Below the pieces are notes generated by a model. The model saw only the letters and a list, made by a program, of their open reading frames with translations, was not told where the DNA came from and ran no database searches. Positions 34,630-42,292 of a DNA stretch of 64,000 nucleotides are shown here, in pieces. Position 1 is the stretch's first letter, and every line of letters starts with the position of its first letter. The DNA lies in assembly GCA_964429275.1 (NCBI GenBank), contig CAYSBJ010000003.1, positions 64,906 through 128,905 of the forward strand, written 5' to 3'. A program made the position numbers and the translations under genes. This DNA comes from an uncultured Pseudomonadota bacterium (GTDB lineage: Bacteria; Babelota; Babeliae; Babelales; JAUPTZ01).

Positions 34630-35811
34630 ATGAGTAGTCAAGGAGCGCGCGCATTACGTAATCGCGCAGTAGTCTATGTGGTTGATACCTTTGCGCCAGG
34701 TTCGCCTGAGCGGGCTGGCATTGCGGTAATGAATCGCGTAGCCCGAGAAAAAATAGATACATTTCTTGTTGCTCCTATTACGGCAGAAGAGGCGGCAGGA
34801 ACTTTTTTGCTGTGCCGAGAAGTTTTTTCTATTCCAGAAATAGCACCGGCTCTGACTGGATTTTTTACCCTGCACAAGCGAATACATGGCTTTTTTAAGT
34901 TGTGCCGATTGTTTTATGACTTATCCCTTGAGTACGCTGACTTGGTAGTGCATACCCATGGTCATGTGGCTGGCCTTCTTGGTCGATGGGCGGCCTGGGC
35001 TGTCGGGGTTGGGCATACGGTTCATACGGTTTATCAATTTTCATTTGGCCCGTATATGCCGGCCTATCGCTGGTGGATGGCGTATATCGCTGAGTATATG
35101 ACTGCATGGATTACCTCTGAATATATTTGCTTTAATACCAAGGATCGGGCGTTAGGAATTCGACTGTTCCCGTATTTTTCAAAGCGCTGTGCGGTCATTA
35201 GCGCAGGGGTTGATTGGCAACAATTTTATACGCCAGAGCCAGCTGGAAGCTCTGTGCGATTGCCGGTAAGCCCGATAGTTATTGGGACGATCTTGGAGAC
35301 TGGCGTAACGCAAAAAGAATCGGTTTTTACTTTTCTTGCTCTGGTAGAGAAACTGTCTGCGCTGGGGGTTCCAATTCGTGGTGAGATTATCGGTGATGGC
35401 TCTTGGCGATGGGAAGTGACGCAGTGGCTTATAGAGCGTGGACTTGCTGAAAATGTACACATACTCGGTTGGCAGGCGCAAACGGCCTCGGTTATAAAGA
35501 CCTGGCATGTTTTTGTTCATTGCTCTCTTGTTGATACTCCAGCAGTTGGGGTTGTACAGGCCCGTCTCTCGTGGGTGCCGGTGGTTGCCTATCACACGGC
35601 GGGCGTTGATGAAATGATGAAGAATGAAAAAAATGCTCTGCTGGTTGCTCCGGGGGATGTGAACGCCTTATTTAAGGCTATCTATCGCGTTATTATTGAT
35701 CGCGCTTTGTATGAGCGGCTGGCGACATACCAAGAGAATCTTCACGATTATAGCGAGGCGGCCGTATGTGCTCGCCACGTAAAATTGTACAAAAATATTG
35801 CGGGAGAATGA
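34630..35811 (+). CDS. GT-B fold glycosyltransferase (GT4/GT1-like)
   Basis: 393 aa. The C-terminal half has 'VFVHCSLVDTPAVGVVQARLSWVPVVAYHTAGVDEMMKNEKNALLVAPGD', typical of the glycosyl transferase group 1 family. SD aaggagaagg lies 9 nt after the c4 stop. Confidence 0.7.
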   Translation: MSSQGARALRNRAVVYVVDTFAPGSPERAGIAVMNRVAREKIDTFLVAPITAEEAAGTFLLCREVFSIPEIAPALTGFFTLHKRIHGFFKLCRLFYDLSLEYADLVVHTHGHVAGLLGRWAAWAVGVGHTVHTVYQFSFGPYMPAYRWWMAYIAEYMTAWITSEYICFNTKDRALGIRLFPYFSKRCAVISAGVDWQQFYTPEPAGSSVRLPVSPIVIGTILETGVTQKESVFTFLALVEKLSALGVPIRGEIIGDGSWRWEVTQWLIERGLAENVHILGWQAQTASVIKTWHVFVHCSLVDTPAVGVVQARLSWVPVVAYHTAGVDEMMKNEKNALLVAPGDVNALFKAIYRVIIDRALYERLATYQENLHDYSEAAVCARHVKLYKNIAGE

Positions 35812-35908
35812 GGTTTTTTTATTCATTTATTGCCGCCTTTTGATTTTGGTCAATCCTGTTTGCTACCGTGCTTAGGAGTTTGAGTTCTAACGGCTAAGGG
35901 AGATCAGG

Positions 35909-36187
35909 ATGAAGCGCTGGATCAAGATTACTGTTTTTGGAGCAATCCAAAGCGTTGGTTATTGTGAGCACGTACGAAAATATGCAGAACAGTTTCACAT
36001 TGAAGGAACGGTGCAGTTTGAAGAACGTGGGTCGGTATTGATATATGCGGTTGGGGTCAGCGAAGCCTTGGATAATTTTATAGATTACGTATACCAAGGC
36101 TCTGAAAAATCATTGGTTGAAGAGGTCGCCATAGAAATTGCACCACCGGGGCGAGACTTTCGGGGCGTATTTAGAATTATTGGGTAG
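35909..36187 (+). CDS. acylphosphatase-like protein
   Basis: 92 aa. 'ITVFGAIQSVGYCEHVRKYAEQFHIEGTVQFEERGSVLIYAVG' follows the acylphosphatase pattern V.G.VQGVGFR...A..L.G.V.N...GSV. Confidence 0.65.
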   Translation: MKRWIKITVFGAIQSVGYCEHVRKYAEQFHIEGTVQFEERGSVLIYAVGVSEALDNFIDYVYQGSEKSLVEEVAIEIAPPGRDFRGVFRIIG

Positions 36188-36270
36188 GGTGTATGAGTCT
36201 GGCATAGCGGTTTTTTATGTGATACACTACGGGCCTTGTTTTTAACGCTGAATATTTGAGGGGGTAGCAC

Positions 36271-36981
36271 ATGCAAAAGAAGAGTAAGCCATCAACCGGT
36301 TCATGTTGTCATGCTGAAACCACCACTAGTCATACAAGTTCAATCTCTCATGAGTTGTTGTGCCATTTCCCGTATGCGGTTTTTGCCGTTGCGCTGAGCT
36401 TGGTTTTCCTTACCTTGTTTGGGTACACTAATCCAACGAGTTATCGAGAACTTCATGGCCTTTTCCATACATTACACTTTCTTCACATTCTTTTTGCTGC
36501 CACTGGCACTGTGCTTGTATTCCGCAAGTACGGGGGCTCGCTTCTCGGCTCACTTGGAGTGGGCATGTTGGTTCCGGCGGTATTTTGTACTCTTTCTGAC
36601 GCCATTATGCCGTACTTTGGCGGGTTATTATGTGGTGTTCCTATGCATTTTCACTTTTGCTTCAGGGATCACTTTGCGACGATTCTCCTTTTTTTGGTGG
36701 TTGGGGTTGTAAACGGTATAGTCATGAGCTTTCATGATTCTGATGGTCAGCAAAGATATGCGACTACTGCGCACTTTGCTCATATCTTCATTAGTGCTTT
36801 TGCCTCGACGGTTTATATGATCAGTCATGGTTTTAATGACTGGTACCAGCATATGGGTTTTGTCTTTAGCTTTTTATTAATCGCGGTTCTTATCCCATGC
36901 ACACTTGCTGATGTCGTGGTTCCTGCATTTTTTGGCGGTATAAGCGCAAAATCAGCTCGCGCGAGGAGACATGGTGAGTAA
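36271..36981 (+). CDS. His/Cys-rich polytopic membrane protein, unknown function
   Basis: 236 aa with ~6 TM segments and many His/Cys residues ('GSCCHAETTTSHTSSISHELLCHFP', 'HGLFHTLHFLHILF', 'PMHFHFCFRDHF'). It overlaps the potA start by 11 nt. Confidence 0.55.
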   Translation: MQKKSKPSTGSCCHAETTTSHTSSISHELLCHFPYAVFAVALSLVFLTLFGYTNPTSYRELHGLFHTLHFLHILFAATGTVLVFRKYGGSLLGSLGVGMLVPAVFCTLSDAIMPYFGGLLCGVPMHFHFCFRDHFATILLFLVVGVVNGIVMSFHDSDGQQRYATTAHFAHIFISAFASTVYMISHGFNDWYQHMGFVFSFLLIAVLIPCTLADVVVPAFFGGISAKSARARRHGE

Positions 36982-38068
36982 AAGTATTCGTTTAGAAGGG
37001 ATCACTAAGTATCGCAGTGGAGAACCGGTTCTCCAGAAGCTGAACTTGGAAATTCGATCCGGTGAGTTTTTTGTATTACTTGGGCCGAGTGGCTGTGGTA
37101 AGACCACGTTGCTCCGGATTCTTGCAGGCCTTGAGTCGGCTGATAGCGGCAAACTTTTCTTGGGTGACACCGATATTACCAATGTGCCTATTCATAAACG
37201 TAAAATTCATACCGTGTTTCAGCAGTATGCACTGTTTCCCCACATGAGTGTGTCGGAAAACGTTGCGTATAGTTTGCGAGTTCGTGGTGCTACCGGCAGC
37301 GAGGTTGAAGATCGGGTTGCCCATGCATTGCGTACCGTGCGCCTGGGGGCGTTTGGTAAGAAATCAGTTACGCAATTATCGGGTGGTCAGCAGCAACGTG
37401 TGGCGCTTGCACGTGCGTTGGTGTGTGAGCCAGAAGTGCTTCTTCTTGACGAACCACTGGCTGCGCTTGACCGTGAGCTGAAAGAGCAGATGCTTATGGA
37501 GTTGGTTGATTTGCAACAAAAATTACGCACTACATTTGTTTATGTTACTCACGACCAGTTTGAGGCACTTACCGTGGCTGATACTATGGGTATCATGAAT
37601 CGGCATGGCAAGCTTGAGCAGTTGGGAAGCGCTGAAGATATTTATGAATTTCCACATTCTCGTTTTGTAGCTGATTTTGTTGGCCGCACAAATATTTTTG
37701 ATGGCCGCGTAAAAGTTTCGCGTGACGCGTATCATATCGAGGTTGACGATTTGGGCACGTTTGTGCTTAATGTTACGTCAGAAATTAATTGGCTGGTGAG
37801 TGGTATGCAGTTATTCTTGAGTATACGCCCGGAAAAAATTGATATTAGTTTGCAGCGACTTGAAGGCTTTTCCAATGAGCTAATGGGTCGTGTGACGAGC
37901 ATGATTTATTACGGTCGTTCGACCGAGTACAAAGTGTTGCTGGCTAATGGTCAGAGTATCATGGTGTTTGAGCAAAATGAGCACCATTTTCCAAAAAAAT
38001 CGATTGAGCTGGGGGATGAGGTGTATCTCTACTTCCAAAAAGAAAACACTGTTCTTCTACGTTATTAA
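36971..38068 (+). CDS. potA: spermidine/putrescine ABC transporter ATP-binding protein
   Basis: Walker A 'GPSGCGKTT', 'LSGGQQQRVALARAL', 'LLLDEPLAALD', and a C-terminal TOBE-like domain. potBCD follow. Confidence 0.9.
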   Translation: MVSKSIRLEGITKYRSGEPVLQKLNLEIRSGEFFVLLGPSGCGKTTLLRILAGLESADSGKLFLGDTDITNVPIHKRKIHTVFQQYALFPHMSVSENVAYSLRVRGATGSEVEDRVAHALRTVRLGAFGKKSVTQLSGGQQQRVALARALVCEPEVLLLDEPLAALDRELKEQMLMELVDLQQKLRTTFVYVTHDQFEALTVADTMGIMNRHGKLEQLGSAEDIYEFPHSRFVADFVGRTNIFDGRVKVSRDAYHIEVDDLGTFVLNVTSEINWLVSGMQLFLSIRPEKIDISLQRLEGFSNELMGRVTSMIYYGRSTEYKVLLANGQSIMVFEQNEHHFPKKSIELGDEVYLYFQKENTVLLRY

Positions 38069-38077
38069 GGGGCGACG

Positions 38078-38953
38078 ATGCGAACCGTGAATCAAGTGCG
38101 GCACTTTGCGCAATACCAGGGACCTTTTATTTTAGGATTACCGGCTTTTTTGTGGCAAACTTACTTTTTGTTGGTACCGCTTGTGTTTATCATGGTCATC
38201 AGTCTGGTGGCAGATACTGCGGCAGGGGATTGGCATTTAACATTTGATCATTACCTATCATTGTTTTCATGCATGCATTTTAAGGTGATGTTAAATTCGG
38301 CATTACTTGCGTGCATAACCGGAGCACTCTGCTTGCTCATTGGTTATCCGGTGGCTTACTACTTGGCGCTTAAATCAAAGCGGCTCAAGCAGGTTTTGTT
38401 AGTGTTTCTGATATTGCCGTCGTGGACCAGTTTTATTATTCAAATTTATTCTTGGTTTTATTTGTTGCAAAAGCGTGGCTTATTTAGCAGCTTTTTCTAT
38501 GCGCTTGGGTGGACGAGTGAGCCTATTTCATTGCTAAATAACTATAGTGCAACCGTCCTTGGGATGGTCTATTGCTACTTGCCGTTCATGGTCTTGCCGT
38601 TGTATACCGTTCTTGAAAAAATGGATAAGCGATTACTTGAGGCAGCTGCTGACCTTGGCGCAAGTCCGTGGAAAACATTTACTACCATTGTATTGCCGCT
38701 TTCGATGTCTGGTATTCGGGTTGGGCTTGCGTTGGTAATGGTGCCAGCATTTGGCGAATTTGCGATTCCCGATCTTATGGGCGGGGTAAAAGAGATGTAT
38801 TTGGGCCGTATTGTGTTTGAAAAATTTATTCTTTTCCGTGATTGGCACTCTGGTGCTGCGGTGGTTATGATTTCATTCCTTGTTCCACTTGCTGTGGTTG
38901 CAGTGTGGTATATGGCAGACAAGGTTCAAAGGCGACTTACGGTGGAAGGGTAA
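38078..38953 (+). CDS. potB: spermidine/putrescine ABC transporter permease
   Basis: Six-TM permease with the EAA loop 'LEAAADLGASPWKTFTTIVLPL'. Confidence 0.85.
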   Translation: MRTVNQVRHFAQYQGPFILGLPAFLWQTYFLLVPLVFIMVISLVADTAAGDWHLTFDHYLSLFSCMHFKVMLNSALLACITGALCLLIGYPVAYYLALKSKRLKQVLLVFLILPSWTSFIIQIYSWFYLLQKRGLFSSFFYALGWTSEPISLLNNYSATVLGMVYCYLPFMVLPLYTVLEKMDKRLLEAAADLGASPWKTFTTIVLPLSMSGIRVGLALVMVPAFGEFAIPDLMGGVKEMYLGRIVFEKFILFRDWHSGAAVVMISFLVPLAVVAVWYMADKVQRRLTVEG

Positions 38954-38955
38954 TT

Positions 38956-39750
38956 ATGTATTATTCAGGGTCTCGATTCGGGCGGTATCTTAATCCGCTG
39001 ATGGTGAGTTGCGTCTATTTGTTTCTCTATCTTCCTATTATTATTTTGGTTGTTTTCTCTTTCAATGATGGTGATTTTGCCGGCGGTTGGAAAGGTTTTT
39101 CTTTCCGTTGGTATCATGCGATGATTCATTCGCAAGAAATTTTGGGTGCATTGCGGGCTTCTCTTATTGTTGCTTGTAGTTCAACAATCTTGAGTCTTGT
39201 GTTTGGTACGTGTGCTGTCATTTCTACGAAATGGCTTCGCTGGGAGCGCTGGTTGAATGTTTTTTACACCAATGTGCTGATTCCTGATATTGTTCTTGGC
39301 ATAGGGTTGCTGTGTCTGTTTTCGCTCCTAAATTTGCCGCTGGGGTATAAAAGCTTGATTGTGGGCCATACGGTGCTTGGTCTTGGATTTGTGATTCCGA
39401 TTGTTAGTTCTCGTTTTAATCAGATTGACCCAATTTTGACGGAAGCATCTCTTGATCTCGGGGCAACGCAATGGCAAACGATGAGGCGTGTTGTTTTGCC
39501 CTTGCTAACACCAGGTCTTATGGCCGCTGGCCTGCTGGTTTTCACTCTTTCTCTTGATGATTTTGTTATTTCATTCTTCTGTGCTGGAACCCATGTGGAG
39601 ACGCTGTCAGTCTACGTATTCAATCAAATTAAAAACCTTATTGATCCAAGTATTAACGCTCTTTCAACCTGTATGCTTCTTATTAGTAGCCTTTCCGTTG
39701 TTTGTTTGGCATATCTCAATATTTTGGATGAGGTGGTTCACAGTGATTAA
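38956..39750 (+). CDS. potC: spermidine/putrescine ABC transporter permease
   Basis: EAA loop 'TEASLDLGATQWQTMRRVVLPL'. The start was moved to the ATG at 38956, 2 nt after the potB stop. Confidence 0.85.
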   Translation: MYYSGSRFGRYLNPLMVSCVYLFLYLPIIILVVFSFNDGDFAGGWKGFSFRWYHAMIHSQEILGALRASLIVACSSTILSLVFGTCAVISTKWLRWERWLNVFYTNVLIPDIVLGIGLLCLFSLLNLPLGYKSLIVGHTVLGLGFVIPIVSSRFNQIDPILTEASLDLGATQWQTMRRVVLPLLTPGLMAAGLLVFTLSLDDFVISFFCAGTHVETLSVYVFNQIKNLIDPSINALSTCMLLISSLSVVCLAYLNILDEVVHSD

Positions 39751-40855
39751 TGTGCGGTCGTTACAGGAATATGGCATCCGTTTGTTGCTCATAGTTGTGG
39801 CAAGTGGGCTTCTCTATGGGTTTTTAGCGTTTGGTCGGCGGGAGCAAACCGAAGCGGTTACGATATATGCATATTGTGACATGCTTTCTACGGAGGACTT
39901 TGAAGAGTTTACGGCACAAACTGGTATTCCGGTTGTTGTGCGGCATTTTGAAGCAATTGAAGAAGTTATTACGAAGTTAGTTTTTACACGCGATAGCGGC
40001 ATTGATATTGTGGCACCAACTGACTCGATGGTTGAAGTGTTGCGTGAAAAGAATTTATTGCTGCCGCTGAAAAAAGAAAAACTACCTTCTATTCCCGAGC
40101 TGTGCTCGTATTTAATGGGGCGATTTTATGATCCTGAAAATAGGTACACGGTTCCTTTTTCTTGGACGCCGGTCGGTATTGGCTATGACACTCGCGTGTT
40201 TCACGCAGTACCAGGCAATATAGGGTGGGATATTATTTTTGGTACCTATCGTGATGGCAAGCTGGTTTCTCCTGATCGATTGTATGGTGCGGCGGTTGAT
40301 AAAGTTTGTTTGGGTGAAGATCCGTTTGAAACGGCGTGGCTTGCCATGCTGCATCTCTATGGATCGGTTGAGGCGACTGTCTTACAAGAACATGAAGATG
40401 CAGTGGTGAAACTGCTCAAAGAGCAAAAGGCTTGGATTGAATGTTATACGAATAACCTGCAGTACTTTTTGGTCTCAGGAGTTTGTCCTGCCGTTGTTAT
40501 TCCCGGCGCCTACATGATCAATTTGCGCGAGGAGAATAGCTGGGCTGATTTTGTGATCCCTGAAAAAGGATCTATGATGTACATCGGCAACTTTGGGATA
40601 TCGGCGACGAGTAAAAAAGTAGAACAAGCACATGCAGTCATTGAGTATATGCTTTCTAAAGAAGGTGCACTCGTGTGTTATGAAAATCATAAATTTTTGC
40701 CAGCCAATGCTGCGGCGAGTGAGGCCTTGCCAGAGGCGGTACGCAGCCATCCTTATTTGTATCCAGATTTGAGTTTATTTAATCGATTACATACGTTACA
40801 CAATGCTATCCCTGGCGACGTAATTGAACGAGTGTGGCATCGTGCCATGGTTTAG
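39728..40855 (+). CDS. potD: spermidine/putrescine-binding periplasmic protein
   Basis: N-terminal anchor 'IRLLLIVVASGLLYGF', then a PotD-like fold ('VTIYAYCDMLSTEDFEEFTAQTGIPVVVRHFEAIEEVITKL'). The start is uncertain (ATG 39728 or GTG 39743). Confidence 0.75.
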   Translation: MRWFTVINVRSLQEYGIRLLLIVVASGLLYGFLAFGRREQTEAVTIYAYCDMLSTEDFEEFTAQTGIPVVVRHFEAIEEVITKLVFTRDSGIDIVAPTDSMVEVLREKNLLLPLKKEKLPSIPELCSYLMGRFYDPENRYTVPFSWTPVGIGYDTRVFHAVPGNIGWDIIFGTYRDGKLVSPDRLYGAAVDKVCLGEDPFETAWLAMLHLYGSVEATVLQEHEDAVVKLLKEQKAWIECYTNNLQYFLVSGVCPAVVIPGAYMINLREENSWADFVIPEKGSMMYIGNFGISATSKKVEQAHAVIEYMLSKEGALVCYENHKFLPANAAASEALPEAVRSHPYLYPDLSLFNRLHTLHNAIPGDVIERVWHRAMV

Positions 40856-40889
40856 CACAATTTCTTTTAACCTTACACAATGGTGAGAT

Positions 40890-42128
40890 ATGCAGAAACA
40901 ATATGCAGAGCAAGTAAAAGACTTCTTTCAGGTTTATGGTGTTAAGCGGCGTGAATGGATTATGCAAATCGCTGAGTGGAAAGATGGCGGCTCTAATAAA
41001 GAACTTGCAGCTAAAGTGGAAGCGCTTATGGCGCAGGTAGAAGAGTATCACGTTGCGCTTAATGCATTGCTTGCGCAGTCTGAGTATGATGCTGATCGTG
41101 TGGATCGTTTGTATCGTCAGATGAAGTCTTGTTACAATGAATTGGTACAACTTACCAAGCCCGTTTGGCGTGTGTGGCTTGAGGCAATTGTTGTTGCTGG
41201 CCTTGCGGCATTTGTAATTCGGACTTTTATTTTTGGTATTTACCATGTTCCGACTGGATCAGCTGAACCAAACATTTTGGTTGGCGATCGTCTTTGGGGA
41301 AATAAGATGGTGTATTTTATGCAAAAGCCAAAACATGGTGACTTGGTTATATTCAATGATCCAGAGTTTGTGTATAGTCAAAATGCTGTGCAACGGTTGT
41401 GGCAAAAATATGCCGGCATACCGCTTTTGGGCGGCTTGCTTAAGGGCGGGCCTCAAAACTGGGTAAAGCGCGTTGTTGGCGTTCCAGGAGATAAAATTGA
41501 AGGTCGTCTAGAGCATGGTCGTACCGTCATCTATCGTAACGGTGAGAAGCTTGATGAATGCTATGTCAATCCATATCCATTATTAGCACTTCGTAAAGAG
41601 ACTGGCTTTTTTGCGCCGGACTCTTTCTTGGGAGCTGTCTTGCCATCATTCCTGCGTACTCATGTGTGTGAAGTACGGTATACCTATGATCCATCAGTGC
41701 CGCTTGATCAGCAACCGTATTATCATATGTTGCCACAAGAGGTCGTGCGCCATCCGGTAAGTGGTGAACCGTTCTTGTTGCCGGCATTTGAGCCTACTCA
41801 TGATCGTATGCGCCGCAATGTTGATGCATTTGGACCGTTTATAGTGCCGGCCGGTAAGTACTGGGTACAAGGCGATTCACGTCGTAATAGCCGTGATAGC
41901 CGGTTCTGGATGTTCTTAGATGAAGAACATTTGCTTGGTCGTGCAAGTATCATATTATTCTCGCTTGATAGCGAAGAGCCATTCTGGCTGTTTGCATTAT
42001 TGAAAGATCCGGTTGGATTCTTTACTCATGTTATTCGTTGGAGCCGCTTCTTTAAACCTTTATGGCAGATTCCTGATTTACGTGAAGGGCGGCAGGCGGT
42101 AGAAAAGGCAAGTTTAGAGGAAAATTAA
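40890..42128 (+). CDS. lepB: signal peptidase I with a ~95-aa N-terminal helical extension
   Basis: Ser box 'TGSAEPNILVGD', Lys box 'VKRVVGVPGDKI', and 'GDSRRNSRDSRFW'. Confidence 0.85.
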   Translation: MQKQYAEQVKDFFQVYGVKRREWIMQIAEWKDGGSNKELAAKVEALMAQVEEYHVALNALLAQSEYDADRVDRLYRQMKSCYNELVQLTKPVWRVWLEAIVVAGLAAFVIRTFIFGIYHVPTGSAEPNILVGDRLWGNKMVYFMQKPKHGDLVIFNDPEFVYSQNAVQRLWQKYAGIPLLGGLLKGGPQNWVKRVVGVPGDKIEGRLEHGRTVIYRNGEKLDECYVNPYPLLALRKETGFFAPDSFLGAVLPSFLRTHVCEVRYTYDPSVPLDQQPYYHMLPQEVVRHPVSGEPFLLPAFEPTHDRMRRNVDAFGPFIVPAGKYWVQGDSRRNSRDSRFWMFLDEEHLLGRASIILFSLDSEEPFWLFALLKDPVGFFTHVIRWSRFFKPLWQIPDLREGRQAVEKASLEEN

Positions 42129-42152
42129 TCATATGAGCGCTTATCGCGGCGC

Positions 42153-42246
42153 GTCATTGCGACAACAAGCGAAGCGTAGTTGGAAGCAATCCAGAGATAC
42201 ACTTTTTTAAGCTGGATTGCTTTGTCGTTACACTCCTCGCAATGAC
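42153..42246. mobile_element. palindromic MITE-like element, copy C
   Basis: gtcattgcgacaacaagcgaagcgtagttggaagcaatccag ... gctggattgctttgtcgttacactcctcgcaatgac. Confidence 0.8.
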
Positions 42247-42292
42247 GGCTGTTACACAGCCGCTAGAGCACTAAAAATGGGTTGTATAAAAT

